Of a stretch of 64,000 nucleotides of DNA, positions 33,908 through 46,008 are shown piece after piece. The position numbers and the translations under genes were made by a program. The first letter of the stretch is position 1. Each line of letters opens with the position of its first letter. The stretch spans positions 8,029,599 through 8,093,598 of the forward strand of contig CAJINV010000001.1 of assembly GCA_905178155.1 (NCBI GenBank). The letters are read 5' to 3'. The notes under the pieces were generated by a model. It saw only the letters and a list, made by a program, of their open reading frames with translations. It was not told the origin of the DNA and made no database searches. This DNA comes from Amoebophrya sp. A120 (taxonomy: Eukaryota > Protista > Dinoflagellata).

Positions 33908-34511
33908 CTACTCAGAGGTCCTTTGTCTTGACGTTTGGGATTTGTGATGTAGCTCTGTTTCTGATTCAGATCCACTTGTGCTGTCATTTTTGACGTCGTT
34001 GAGCAAGGCTAGGCAGCTGCAGCAACGGAACCGGCACGATGTTGAGCTCGGGAGGGAAAAGAGAGGGACAGGCGGAGGACTGTAGCGAAGCGGCGTCCCC
34101 GGACCACAAATTGCGGAAGACCTGCTCAGACGCGGGAGAAGGGGTGAGTAGTTCTTGTCACCTTTTGTCTGTGTGTTTTTTGTGAGCGGATTCATTGGAA
34201 GTGGTAGTTGGCATAGGAACAAAACATAATGTAACACAGGGCCGATCGTCTTCATTCTGCGGCGCTGACAACAAGATTCCTGTGGATCCTTCTAAGTTTG
34301 GCATAGCGTCTGCTTCCGCGTCGTCCTCTTCTTGCTTCTCCGACCAAAACAAAATTTTGTTGAATGGGACAAATGGTAATGGCAGTTGCAGTGCCGGCGC
34401 TGCCTCTCGGGATTCGCCACCGGCAGTTCCCAATCCCATTGAAGGGTCTAGGGACTTCGAGGAGAAGAGAGCAAGAGTTGTACTTTCTTGTTGCCGACGA
34501 TCGATGTTCAC
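33908..34511 (-). CDS. Possible small minus-strand spliced hypothetical gene
   Basis: Minus ORFs 34158-34511 and 33908-34255 join in frame through a phase-2 GT-AG intron (about 34161 to 34080). No homology recognised. Confidence 0.25.
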
Positions 34512-34610
34512 TTCCGTGTATTGCCCTACATACTAGAATGACAAGTAGATGCATCGCAGGAAGCACAAGCGGGACATTGCAAAATGGAAAATGTATTCTT
34601 CTAAATAACA

Positions 34611-35711
34611 TTGTGTACTATCAATCTCGAACAGGATTCAGCGGGTCCGTCTGAGTTTTCGGAATCGGAATTTTTTCTCGACCCGTATGCGTTTTCTCAT
34701 GCGCCGCGGGGATTTTTCCCTGCTCCGGGTGGCTTAGGGCAGCAACAGCAAGAACAGCATGAACTCAACGACCTCAACGAGCAGCAAGCGCCGTGTCCCA
34801 ACAAAACGTACGAGAAGGGGGCATTGTCGATGTTCTACGACCGGGCTGCGCTGGAGGTCGACGGAGCGCTGAACACGTGGAAAAAAGGCAGCGTGCGGCT
34901 GATCCGGATCTCGCACGCGTTGCCTGGCATCGAAGAGATTTTTCCGTACCTGAAAAAGGATGAACGGTTTTTCGCAGAAAACGGCCAGCCCCGCCGCAAG
35001 GTCGACGGAACCGCCTTGGCCGAAGCTATGTGGGAGCACGCGGGAGACACTACGAAGGAGGGCATGCGGAAAGACGAGTTTTGGTCGGGAAAAAGCAAAG
35101 AGAAAAACGTCAGAGAGTGCTGTAGTAAAATTCCGCGGGGCAGTGTGAACTGGCGGGACTCGGCCGAGTTCAAAAAGCTCGCGGAGTACCAGCGCAGCTT
35201 CTGGCGCGAGTTCTCGCAACCCGTGGGCAGTTACGTGCTGGTCAAAGTGCCCAAGGACGTCGGGGAAAGCCCCGCGTGGCTGTGCCGCGTAGCCGTGGCC
35301 GAGCCGGTCTACAAGTTTTTGCCGCACTTTAAAGCTAACAAAGATCGGAATAAGAACGTAAGCAAAAAAGTGTATTCTCGGGCGTTTCGGGTGGTCAAGG
35401 TGGTCGCAGAAGTCGATGTGGCGTTTTCCCGGGACCTTGTGACCCACCTACAGACCAACTGGAACCTGGACGACGCTAGGCTGGCCAAGCTGCTCGACCA
35501 CTGTGGAATTACCGGGGGAAAAATGGAAGGAGGAAGCGCAATTGGCGATGGCGATTTAACGAGTTCTTCGTCGTCTTTGGAAGAAGTGCAGGCTGAGGAA
35601 TCGCCCGAGGATTATGAGAAGGATGTTGAAACGGGCACAAGCGACAATGAGCAGGAAAAACGCGGCCCTCACAGCATCCTTGATGATGTAGACGAGGATC
35701 TTTTTCTGTAA
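34611..35711 (+). CDS. Hypothetical protein (5' end uncertain; likely acceptor at about 34634)
   Basis: 366-codon ORF with coding-like composition and an acidic C-terminal tail. Confidence 0.6.
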   Translation: MCTINLEQDSAGPSEFSESEFFLDPYAFSHAPRGFFPAPGGLGQQQQEQHELNDLNEQQAPCPNKTYEKGALSMFYDRAALEVDGALNTWKKGSVRLIRISHALPGIEEIFPYLKKDERFFAENGQPRRKVDGTALAEAMWEHAGDTTKEGMRKDEFWSGKSKEKNVRECCSKIPRGSVNWRDSAEFKKLAEYQRSFWREFSQPVGSYVLVKVPKDVGESPAWLCRVAVAEPVYKFLPHFKANKDRNKNVSKKVYSRAFRVVKVVAEVDVAFSRDLVTHLQTNWNLDDARLAKLLDHCGITGGKMEGGSAIGDGDLTSSSSSLEEVQAEESPEDYEKDVETGTSDNEQEKRGPHSILDDVDEDLFL

Positions 35712-35881
35712 ATGCGGATGTCACTTATAGATACGTAGCGGTTTGGTTTGTGATTGAGATTTCAAGAAAATGAATCTAAAACGTAGAGTGATAAAAAAAT
35801 ACCTGTACTACACTGCTACGATGTAGACCGAGGCGATCCATTCTTCTTTGTTTTTCCGAAACCAATGTCAGAGCCAACGCC

Positions 35882-36484
35882 ATGGAAAAGTTTGGCGACA
35901 TCAAAACAGGTCTACGATCTGCCATCCTTTTCCTTGTTCGCAAAAATGCCTGCAAATCCACATACTTTATCTCCTTAGGCTCGGCGCGCCGGGTCGAAGA
36001 CGAACTGAGGGAGAAAACCCCATGGGGCAGGCAGGCGCAGGAAGATCTCGATTTTTTCGGGATCCCGTTCCAAGTACTAAAGGACACCAAGCCTACGGGC
36101 ATAGCAATTCGAGCAACACTAGAGAAGAGCAAAACTGTCCAGCCCGTGCGGAAAAAGCGCGGGGCGCCAGCAGGCAGACCCAAGACAGCGAAGCGGACCG
36201 CGATGGAGGAAGAAAGACGACAGCGACTAGACAAGCAGCGGGAAGAAAACGCGGAGCGGGAAAAGACGATACTAGTGCAAATAAACGGCAAGGCGTGGCA
36301 CAGGAGGCCGCGGTCCACATACAATTACTCAGTGGAAACAGATGGCGGCGAAGCAATAACCTTCCGCATAAGCAATTTTTACTTTTGTGAGAACAGCGGC
36401 ATGGAAGAGGCGACGGTCTACGGCAGGGTTTTCCGGCAAGACCAACAGGACAAAACCTGGACCGCTGTCGACCCCATTGCCTGA
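35882..36484 (+). CDS. Hypothetical basic protein with an AT-hook-like GRPK motif
   Basis: 200-aa ATG-initiated ORF containing KKRGAPAGRPK and a short coiled coil. Confidence 0.5.
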   Translation: MEKFGDIKTGLRSAILFLVRKNACKSTYFISLGSARRVEDELREKTPWGRQAQEDLDFFGIPFQVLKDTKPTGIAIRATLEKSKTVQPVRKKRGAPAGRPKTAKRTAMEEERRQRLDKQREENAEREKTILVQINGKAWHRRPRSTYNYSVETDGGEAITFRISNFYFCENSGMEEATVYGRVFRQDQQDKTWTAVDPIA

Positions 36485-37006
36485 GGAAGAGGAGGAAGAA
36501 GAATGAGGAAACGAGAGGAGCAATCCTCTGGCACCTAGATAACAGAACGCTGCACATCTGAAAGAGTTTCTTGAAAAATTTCGAAGAACAAAAACGTAGT
36601 CAGATTTAAAGCAGAAGTTCAGTCAGTTCAGTCAATGACGATGGCAAAGGGGACATCGTGGGATCCAGGTGATGCAAAGACTAATGGCAAACTGAAACTC
36701 CAACGCCAACCCAATCGAAAAGTGCGTAATGCTCAGAAAGCACAAGTCTGAAACGCGGTCGGGCTCCCACATCTTTCTCTCTTTTCAAAGTCAACGACTC
36801 ATGTTTTTTGATTCTACACAGTGCCAGATAAAAGTAACATATTCACAAATACATAGAAGTCGTCAACAACACCATGTTCTCGTCAATTAAGACCCTAAGA
36901 ATTTTCCTCCCCCACCCCTCGCTTTTTCGGTGACCACTGTAGCCCCAAAAAACTTGTTATCCACATAGTTGGCACATCAATCTCAATTAGCACTAGCACC
37001 ACCACC

Positions 37007-38347
37007 ATGGCAACCGGGCGTCAGCAGCAGGCCGGTATCGGTCTGGGGATTGTCGGGGACGGCAAGGGCTGGTCCGGCGCGGCGACGCGATCGGATGGTC
37101 TCGCGAACCGGTCGGACAAGATCAACAGACTCCGGCCGCAAGTCTACCTGGACATCACCGTGAACGGGGACAAACTCGGGCGGGTCACCTTCGAACTCTT
37201 CGCCGACGTGACGCCAAGAACTGCAGAAAACTTCCGGCAGCTGTGTCTCGGGGTCACCGGGCGCGTGACCAAGAAGAAATCCCGGCCCTTGGGCTACAAG
37301 GGCACGAAGTTTCACCGCATGATTCCGGATTTCTGCCTGCAGGGAGGGGATTTAGACCACCTCTCCGGGCGCGGCGGGGAATCCATCTACGGCGAGAAGT
37401 TCGACGACGAGAACTTCCAGATGAAGCACGACAAGTCCTTCCTGCTCTCCATGGCAAACAGCGGGCGGAACACGAACGGGTCGCAGTTCTTCATCACCAG
37501 TAAAGCGTTACCCTCGTTGGACGGCAAGCACGTGGTGTTCGGCGAGGCGATCGCGGGGATGGACCTGCTGCTCAAAATGGAGGGGTACGGGTCGCGGAGC
37601 GGCGCGCCATCCCGAGAGGTGGTCATCGCGGACTGCGGCGAAGTGTCGGGCACGGCGGCCTGGCAGTTCCGGGAGCGAAATCGGGCGGTCACGAAGGACG
37701 AGAAGCTGGTGGATGCGCAGGGAAATCCTTTGCCGCCAAATTGGATCAAGTTGGAGTCGCGCTCGAAGCCCGGATTGTTTTACTACCAGCACGTAAGGAA
37801 CGGAAACACGCAGTTCGAGATCCCTCTAGCAAGTACGAGCACCGGTAGGGTGGAAAGCTTGAAGCGCGCAATCGCAGACCGGGACGGCGGGGCGGAAAAT
37901 GACAAGCAGCTGGCCGGCACGGATCTGAAAAAGCCGAAAACGGGAGATTCAAACCGCGCCTGTCGGAAAGACGAGATCAGGATTCTGGTTTTCGAAAAGA
38001 GACACAGGAACTTTTTCGGCAAGCCCTCGAAATCCTGGCGGGACAAAAACATCACGTTGTCACAGGAGGAGGCGAAGCAGAAGCTGGAGTTTTTGCGGGA
38101 GAAAATGAAGAACGCCCGAATCGGGGGCGGCGACACAGCGCTCCGGACAAAGTGGCTCAATTTCTCCTCGCTGGAAAACGACTGCGACAAAGCCAACTGG
38201 ACCATTGGGCCGGTCAAGCGGGGAGGGTTGATAAGTCTGGGTTACGACAAAAAGATCGAGGAACTCGCCTTCTCGCTGAAGAAGGGCGATCTCAGCGAGT
38301 GCACCGACATGTTTAACGCACAGATTATGATGTTTAGGATCGAATAG
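37007..38347 (+). CDS. Cyclophilin PPIase fused to a WW domain and a degenerate parvulin (Pin1-like) domain
   Basis: Cyclophilin: [54 protein letters not shown]: [21 protein letters not shown]...TQFEIP. Parvulin-like: [17 protein letters not shown]...ENDC...[14 protein letters not shown]. Confidence 0.88.
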   Translation: MATGRQQQAGIGLGIVGDGKGWSGAATRSDGLANRSDKINRLRPQVYLDITVNGDKLGRVTFELFADVTPRTAENFRQLCLGVTGRVTKKKSRPLGYKGTKFHRMIPDFCLQGGDLDHLSGRGGESIYGEKFDDENFQMKHDKSFLLSMANSGRNTNGSQFFITSKALPSLDGKHVVFGEAIAGMDLLLKMEGYGSRSGAPSREVVIADCGEVSGTAAWQFRERNRAVTKDEKLVDAQGNPLPPNWIKLESRSKPGLFYYQHVRNGNTQFEIPLASTSTGRVESLKRAIADRDGGAENDKQLAGTDLKKPKTGDSNRACRKDEIRILVFEKRHRNFFGKPSKSWRDKNITLSQEEAKQKLEFLREKMKNARIGGGDTALRTKWLNFSSLENDCDKANWTIGPVKRGGLISLGYDKKIEELAFSLKKGDLSECTDMFNAQIMMFRIE

Positions 38348-38591
38348 GTTGCAGCTTCTGCGCTCATTTTAACGTCCATCGCGTATAACGGCGAGGCAGG
38401 CTGTGTCCTGCGTTCTTTCTCAACGACAACAAAAAGAAAAACAGCAAACAGATAAGACAGAAGCAGGCGCGGCGCTGACTCGTGTTCGTGGATTTGGTTT
38501 AGTTGTTGCACTCCGGGTAAAGTCTTAGGTGAGAGAGAAGAATTCCTTTCCTGATTTATGAGACAGTTACCGGAACGAAGCCGATTCTCGT

Positions 38592-41108
38592 ATGGCAATG
38601 GCGATCGCGGAAGTCGCCGAAGAGAGATTGATCAGCATCTTTGCGGACGCTCTTGCGCCGAAATCAAAGACTTGCTTCCGTCTGGTCCGTTGTTTCAGTT
38701 TAACTCAGTTTACTTTGCTCTTTGTGCTTGGTTTTTGTGTAGCAGAGTTTCGTGTAATTCGAGCGCATACTACAATATCAACTTCGCAAGCATTTTTTGT
38801 TCTCGACAGGATGCTGTTTATTCCGCGCGGTCGGGGCTGGCAGCAGCCCGAGCAGAACGACCAAGTGGACCCGCAGCGGCGGCGCTACAGCGGTGTGATC
38901 TCCTTCTTGTTGATGATGATGTTCCTGTCGCTGCTCTTCAACCGCGACAAGCGCGGCCCCGACGGGAGGAACGGCAGCAGTAACGACCGGGAGGGGTGGG
39001 CCCGGAATCCGCCACCGGAGGAGATGAAGAACCTGGTTTACCCCTGGGACGCAGCGGGTTTGCCGGCCGAGGCACGGCTGCTGTACGTCGGGCCCGCGAG
39101 CACGACGGAGCCATTGATCGCGGAACACGATCGAGTTCTTGCGCCGCAGAATGCACGAAGACTCGTATGTAGTCCCGCAGTGGCGAAAAAGGACGCTTCG
39201 TCAAAGTCTGCCGGTGCGAACTCAGGAAAGGATAACAAGGAGGAACGAGAAAGTAATACTCGGCCAAGCGAGCCTGGGTGCGGCGAAAGCAGTAAGACCT
39301 GCCGACAACGTATGCTACAGGCCAACGACAAGTGGGCGTGTGAGACTCTGGTTCCGAAGTGGGGGAGGAACCTGCTCGTAACGGCAATAACACCGCCGAA
39401 AACTGTGCCGGAGGAAAGTAAAGGCGATGCGAAAAAAAGCGCACCAAACAAGCCGACGATATTACTGAACAGCACAAGCGCGCCGGACACCACGGGCCAG
39501 GCGGCACAGCGCGACTTTGAATTTCTTCTGGGCACGTTTTCCGCGTCGCGTCCAAAGTTACAAGAAATGAACAAGAAGTTGATGCAAAGTAGCTCTAAGG
39601 CAAGAACAGAGAAAATTACGCGCCGTCTGCCGACTAGTAGTGCCGGGGGCACTAGCACTCCTATCGCGATACCAAATACTAATAAAACCACTATCGTGTG
39701 GTCGCCGCGTTTAAAAATGCTCCTGAAAACGTCTCACGTGCTGGTAGAGCCACCGGGAAACGCGGTCTCTGCGGACGAAGATGACTACGTCGCCGACTAT
39801 GAGCCGAAACTTCTCCCCGTCCGGGTTGATGGAGGTGCAGCTTCCGAAGCTGCCGACTCAGCACCAATCTTCGGCGACTTTTTTAGGAAAAGGCACGATT
39901 CAACATCCACTTCAGGAGAAGACGCCACAGGGAGTAGCTCGTCGAAAGTACAACCAGGTCACGACGACGCAGAGCTGACTTTGAAGGTCAACAAGCGGAG
40001 CTATTTCACGGATGGTACGTTGCTGGGGACCGTGCTATCCACGATTTTCAGTCCGGACGTTCGCGGGGCCGCGCTCGTGGGAGCAAAGTGGCTCGACGTC
40101 GGAGCAAGCTTGCTGCAGCAGCAGTTGAGACTGGGAGGTTCGTCGGAGGCAGGAGCTGATGATTCGGAGGACACTTCGTCAAAAAGCACGAGTGTAGTGC
40201 AGGAAGTAGTGCGGAAGTCAGAAGACGGCGCCGACACCACGCTGCCCGAATTTCGAGCTCTTGACCAGCAGACTCGCTCCCCAAGAAATACCGATCTTGT
40301 TCGACCTCCCACTGGGAACGAAATAAGCATTGCTCGCGAGGATGCCGTCGTTCCCGGGCCGCAGCTTGGTGCTGGAAGAAGCATGCTCGAAAAAACCGAG
40401 GAACTTCGGCCGAAGGAGAGCTTTCTGTGCTTTGTGGACCTTGCGAAGAAGAGATTGCGAGGGCAGATTTCCCAAAGTGTGGTCGGAACGCTTGTGCACG
40501 CTTTTTTTGATGCAGACACGCGAAAACTAGTCTTGGTCTTCCGAAACGCCGACCGCATCGAGGTTCTCACCATAGACGCAGAGAAGATGAACAGAGCGAC
40601 CGGGAAGGCGTTCACTAGTAAAATAACCAGGAGCAGAAGCTTATTACCAGTGGCGCTCACCGCAAAAACAGATAGGAAAAACGACGATGATGCCAACGCA
40701 ATAGCTGCGCTTGATGAAGAACCCTCAAGGCAAGTAGCGGACGATCAATCGCAAGAATCTCATATGTCATCTTCGCCTACAGCAGCAGTCGCTTCTGGAA
40801 GAAAATTGGCACAACCAGAGGACGAGAATTCCCCCGTTCGCCGGTTTTTCTTCCGGTCCACACAGAGTCTGTATCTGGTGCAGGCGCCGGTAACTTCTGG
40901 ATACGTGGTTTTTGTGTCCGGGCAGCGCGTGGCAATGGTGCTTTCCCTTCGCGAGAATAAGCTCATCGAAGAGCGGTATCTGCCCTGGAGCTTTCTGAGC
41001 CAGGACCTGGCTCGGGTGCGGCGAAGAATACCGGACCGCTACGTGCAGAGTTCGGTAGCAACTGAAGAAGTTCTGAAACCCTGCCCGAAGTGCTGCGGAA
41101 TGGAGTAG
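38592..41108 (+). CDS. Hypothetical membrane-anchored protein (start 38592 or 38811)
   Basis: 838-codon ORF with a hydrophobic helix GVISFLLMMMFLSLLF near the N-terminus, low-complexity linkers and C-terminal CPKCC. Confidence 0.6.
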   Translation: MAMAIAEVAEERLISIFADALAPKSKTCFRLVRCFSLTQFTLLFVLGFCVAEFRVIRAHTTISTSQAFFVLDRMLFIPRGRGWQQPEQNDQVDPQRRRYSGVISFLLMMMFLSLLFNRDKRGPDGRNGSSNDREGWARNPPPEEMKNLVYPWDAAGLPAEARLLYVGPASTTEPLIAEHDRVLAPQNARRLVCSPAVAKKDASSKSAGANSGKDNKEERESNTRPSEPGCGESSKTCRQRMLQANDKWACETLVPKWGRNLLVTAITPPKTVPEESKGDAKKSAPNKPTILLNSTSAPDTTGQAAQRDFEFLLGTFSASRPKLQEMNKKLMQSSSKARTEKITRRLPTSSAGGTSTPIAIPNTNKTTIVWSPRLKMLLKTSHVLVEPPGNAVSADEDDYVADYEPKLLPVRVDGGAASEAADSAPIFGDFFRKRHDSTSTSGEDATGSSSSKVQPGHDDAELTLKVNKRSYFTDGTLLGTVLSTIFSPDVRGAALVGAKWLDVGASLLQQQLRLGGSSEAGADDSEDTSSKSTSVVQEVVRKSEDGADTTLPEFRALDQQTRSPRNTDLVRPPTGNEISIAREDAVVPGPQLGAGRSMLEKTEELRPKESFLCFVDLAKKRLRGQISQSVVGTLVHAFFDADTRKLVLVFRNADRIEVLTIDAEKMNRATGKAFTSKITRSRSLLPVALTAKTDRKNDDDANAIAALDEEPSRQVADDQSQESHMSSSPTAAVASGRKLAQPEDENSPVRRFFFRSTQSLYLVQAPVTSGYVVFVSGQRVAMVLSLRENKLIEERYLPWSFLSQDLARVRRRIPDRYVQSSVATEEVLKPCPKCCGME

Positions 41109-41362
41109 GGGTCCTGTTCAGGGCGGGCATTTCTATTGTGTACGCTTGTTAATGTTAAAGTTAATCTTCTCTCATGCATTGTTGTGGAAGTTAGTATAGT
41201 GCGAAGGCGAAGGGACAGGGAGTGCATTTTGCAGTGAGTGCAAAAATTCGTTGATGCACAGAAGTAGAAGTAGTAAAGAGTCTTGGAATACAACAATCCC
41301 GAGCACGCTGTGGGTACGCATTCGCATTGTTCTTTCAAAGATTTGGTATTGGTTCTCGTGCC

Positions 41363-41414
41363 TGTCGTCTTTCGTGTTTATTCTTATTGTGTCGTCTTTC
41401 GTGTTTATTCTTAT
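41363..41414. repeat. Intergenic tandem duplication, 2 x 25 bp, period 27
   Basis: TGTCGTCTTTCGTGTTTATTCTTAT at 41363 and 41390. Confidence 0.85.
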
Positions 41415-41875
41415 ATATGGCGTCAATCTTTTCACGAAAATGCGTCCATTTCATTGAATTCGTCGTCCTGAAATCGTCGTTCTTGAATCGTGTGTTTTGT
41501 CGTCCATCAAACAATCTTTATGGGTAGAAATATCCACGATCCTCATGATCATTTCCTCGTGCTGGGAGTATCGTGCCGACAGAAGTCGTCCACCTTATTA
41601 ATATGCGTGATTCTGCGTGTAGGTTTACAGGAGATGCGTAAGAACTTTCAACCCAGCCGCTGCAATAAGGAGCGTCTTCACTACTCTTCCCAGAGTTGCA
41701 CCCTCTGTTTCTACTGCTTACATCACCCCCAGAGCGACGTTTCTTCGAATTGCGTTTTCATCATGCAATTGTAAAACGAAATCGAAATCGAATGGATATG
41801 GAAAACCATACATGATCTATCTTCATCTCTAGAAGCATGGTTTATTGCTAGACTCCTTTCATAAATTCATTCTCG

Positions 41876-44800
41876 ATGATCTTGTTGCGCCCGCGACCAG
41901 GCCGTCGCAAGGACGGCAGTGCGTCTACCTTTTCCGGCTTCGTGCACACGTTTTCTGAGGAAACACTTAGATTTATGTACGTGGCGACTGTCTTCCTGCA
42001 CTTTTGTGATTGGGGGCTGCTGCGCACAGCCACAGCGTCTTCGTTGATCAATGACAAGAGAACCGCCGACTCGCAAACGAGTATTTTGCGGGGCAGGAAG
42101 AGGAACAGCCGGGAGAGCAGCAGCCGTGATGGAAGTATGGCATCACGTAGATCAGGTGGTTATGCTCGACCTCTGCGAGATCGAGATGAGGAAAATAAAA
42201 GTGCCTTACTAGGCTCTCCCCGAGCGCGAAATCGTTCTCGGGGCCAGGAGTTGCTGGTTCCGTCACAAGAGACATCGACCGAGGAAGAGACCACACGGGC
42301 TTCCCCTGGTGGAAAGGGCAATCAGACTGATGGTGATGATACCGCAAAAGTTTGCAAGCTCAGCAGCACTGGTGTGGTAACAAAAAAAATGCGGAAACCC
42401 ACGAAGAAGGTCTTGCGTGCTTCCGACGACGCGCAAGAGAGACTAAGGCACATGTTTGGAGAGCATTCCTGGCGCAGTTGCAAGTGCTACGATCGTATGA
42501 ATTGCAAATATCGTCGTGCCCGGGTCCTGAAACTGGTGATGCGGAATTGTGGATGGTTGGATAGGAACAGTTCTAAGTGCATCCAAGCATGATAAATTTT
42601 TCAAACGACCCTTTCGCCGGCGCAGCGCTCACAAAGAAGGTGCGCTATTGTGGGTTGTGCAACACTTTCATCTGGTCCTTTGAAAGGAATCATGCAAGTT
42701 AAGCTGTGTATTTGCAAGCTCAACTTTTCCGGAGACGGAGATATTTGCATTGCATAGGCCGACCACGCAGCGATGAGGCAGAGCAGCGCAGACTCAACAA
42801 CGAAAGCTCGTTGACTTCTTCCTTTTCAATTGACGGCACCGCGGACTGCGGCACTTCGACAGCAGTGCGGCAGGCATGTAGTGTTTGCAAGGAGTGGTCT
42901 GCAAGCAGTGACAGCACAGGCTGTGGAGGTTTCGCGCTGAAACAAGAAAACGGAAAGTGTGTAGGACGAGTGTATCCGCAACCGCGGCAGCTTCTGACTG
43001 CATCATCCTCGGCAGCCGGTCATACGAAGGGCAGTTTTCTGGAAATGTTTCAACGTAAATCTAAATATTTGGCGTCCGCGACCACTTCTGGAAACGAAAA
43101 GGCAAAGTCGAACCTCGGCGCCGCCAAAAGGCACCAGCAGGATACCACTGCAGACAAGGAGGCGGACGGTATCCATAGCTCCGGGACGTGCGCGGTTAAT
43201 CGGCGGGGTCTGACTGCCGCCATGTCGAAAACTTTTTCCGTTCTGGACACAAAGATCTCCAAGGAAGACCAGGAGCGGATGAACGACGCTGAACTGAGTT
43301 CGAATGCCGAAAACGATGTTGAGAGTCTTGGAAATAGAATCCAAACTGCCGCACTGCCGAACAAGAATGCGGGTACCGGTGTCGTGTACGACACAGTGAA
43401 GTGGGTTCTGGAGCGATCGGCACTCGCAAGTTCGAGCGAGAGCGCTGCCGCGATTCCGGACCTCGCGCATTCGGTTGTTAACGCGACGTTCCAGGAAGCG
43501 ACGAACGGTGCGATCGATGAGCCGCCCGCTCGTCTGCAGAGTGCCATCGTCCTAATCGAACTCGAAGTCGCTGTAGTCACGTCAGTCCCGACGGGCGCCT
43601 ATGTTGGTCGTGACCCCGCAGACACCGCAATGAGAGCAGCGAAGGAAGTGCTCGTAAGACGTGACGTCGAAGCGACGGAGGCCGGCTGGCTGGCGAAACG
43701 CTATGTCGAGAGCTACTTCAAGCTTGGCGCTGCGGATGAACTGATAAAAGCAAATATTTTGGGGGCTTTGGGGCTTCCTGTACTGACACCTCTTCCCAAA
43801 AACGCGCTCAGGGACGCGGCGTTCGCGCGGCTGCAGAGGGTTGTGAAGAGCAATGTCGGCGATGAAGACAGAGGTGCCGTGGTGGCAGCCTTGACGCGGA
43901 CGATACTTGGGATCGTTGACGGAGCGAGCATTGATGAAGCGACGGTCACCACGGACGCTGAAGCGATTGCGGACGCGGCTATCGTGTGGCATTCGGATCG
44001 GAATGACACAACCCTTGCAGCCGTCCACCACGCCATCAAAACCGCTCTCCTCGCCGCCGGGTTTACGTGGCCAGATCAAATGGAGCATAACACGGAAAAC
44101 ACCGCTGCGGCAGACACGATTGCGGACGGTAATTCTACTGCGCTACCCAGCGCCGCTTCTGCAGAAGCACGGATTCGCGCATACGTGCGAGATAACGAAG
44201 GGACGCATCACCGAGACTTTGTGCGCAACCTAAGACCGATTCTACAGACTGCAGGTCTGCCGCAAACCGGCTCACCACCACGGGATCTTTTTCACGCGAC
44301 TACCATCGCTGACGCCGTTTGCGGCGTAGATTCATCATGGGTTCTTCCAAAAGAGGATATCAACGTGGACGGTCTTTCCGCTGCGATCACGGCGGCGCTC
44401 ACCGAGGCTCAGACCTTTGCAGACACAGATGAAACCTCCACCGTGGTCTCGTCCTTTCTATTGAAGCTTGACGCACCAGAACACCAAGACAGGGCGTCGC
44501 TCGAAAAGCTCGAAGATGTGGTACTCGAGGTCTACGGCGGTTTGGAATCGACAGAGAAAGAAACCGTACGCGTAGCAGAGCTCTACGAAGCGGTCGAGCA
44601 AAAACGCTGGTGCGAACACGGCACCCATGAGGACGAGTGTACGCCTTTTGTGTGCACTTTCACGCCAAGAAGCGAGCTCACCACGACTGAGCAACCAGTA
44701 GAACGACCCGACCGGCACAACGACGCGGACGCGTGGAGATGGCTCGCAACCGTAGACGGCGACATTGATCTAAATTTGCGTGTTCCGTATCTTACGAATG

Positions 44801-46008
44801 CACAAATTGAGCTCGCAGGACTTGCGAATGGCACGGAAATAGTCGCGCAACAGATCTTATACCACTGGTATTGCACGACCAGCACCAGTGAAGAGGTTGA
44901 GGGGGAGGACGCAGGGTTGCAATCTCGAGCGCATCAAGAAGGGAAGCCAGATACCGATGAGCAGTGGACGTTCTGGGTGCGAAGACAGTTCGACACCGCA
45001 TTGGATTGCGGAGAAGTTCCGGGTTCACGACCCGCAACGGCTAGCGCCTCCAGCGAAAACGGCACAGCGGATTCACTGGCAATCCCGTCAGATGAGAGCA
45101 ATAAAGGTACCGATCCGGCGAACGGAACTATTTCAGCGGCCCTGTCCTCCAGCAGGACTGCGCTGACGCCGGACGGCGCTTCGGGGCCGGCCCTGTTTCT
45201 CGCGTTGTGCGGCGGCTTCCTCGGGATGTCAGCGCTTGTGTCGGTAATTTACGTGTGTTGCTGCATGGGCGGCGGGCGCAATGCAGCTGGTAATCTGTCC
45301 GATCCCTACTCCGCGGGCGGGCACTACTCACATTTGGATCGGAATTTCGTTGACCTAGCGCTGAACCGAACGTCTGAGGCAGACGACTTCGCGCGTGTCT
45401 CCGACGAGGAATTTCCCACGGGTGAGTACACGGGTCCAAGGATAATTTCCTCTCCAAAGAAACACCAAGAGGGTAGTACTGGCGCTTCTGCCATGTTGGA
45501 CGACACGGTAGATAAGAAAGCACGCAAGGTCAAGAAAGCCCAATCTAAGGTCACTTTCCTGGAGCAAGGATATGTGGCTATAACAACTAAAGCATCAGGA
45601 TCGACGCAGGCCAAAAAGCAGCGTTCGGGCAAAAGCAGCGAGGATCGAGCTCTAGTAGTTGAAGCGGCAATGGATTTACTGACGCCGCGCGGCCCCTCGG
45701 AGGATTACAATGCGGCCGATTTGGCGCAACGGGGCAGATCTGAATCCGCGGGCTACGACGGATCAACATTCCTAAATCCCGCGGTTGACTACGACAACGT
45801 TGGAGCCCAGAGCACCGATGGCTTCAAGGGAGGCCGAATGTCGACCGGGTCTGGACTGGAGGCAGTGGCTTCGGGACTCGAGCGAGCTGCGAAAACGCCC
45901 GAGCAGGTCATTCAAGAGAAGTTCGCCACCAAGCAAATTCCCGGACCACCTCCCGCTCCGCGCATCAGGACCGACGCGGCTTTGCAGAAGGCGCCCATTC
46001 CAAGGTGA
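41876..46008 (+). CDS. Large type-I membrane surface protein, split into ORFs 41876-42592 and 42706-46008
   Basis: Hydrophobic leader at 41975 (MYVATVFLHFCDWGLL), Cys-rich segments and a TM helix ALFLALCGGFLGMSALVSVIYVCCCM. The junction between the two ORFs is unresolved. Confidence 0.55.
42588..42694. mobile_element. Candidate short TIR introner (107 bp)
   Basis: Imperfect TIR CATGATAAATTTTTCAAACGACC / GGTCCTTTGAAAGGAATCATG flanked by the direct repeat CAAG (42584-87 / 42695-98), located exactly where the upstream ORF stops. Confidence 0.5.
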
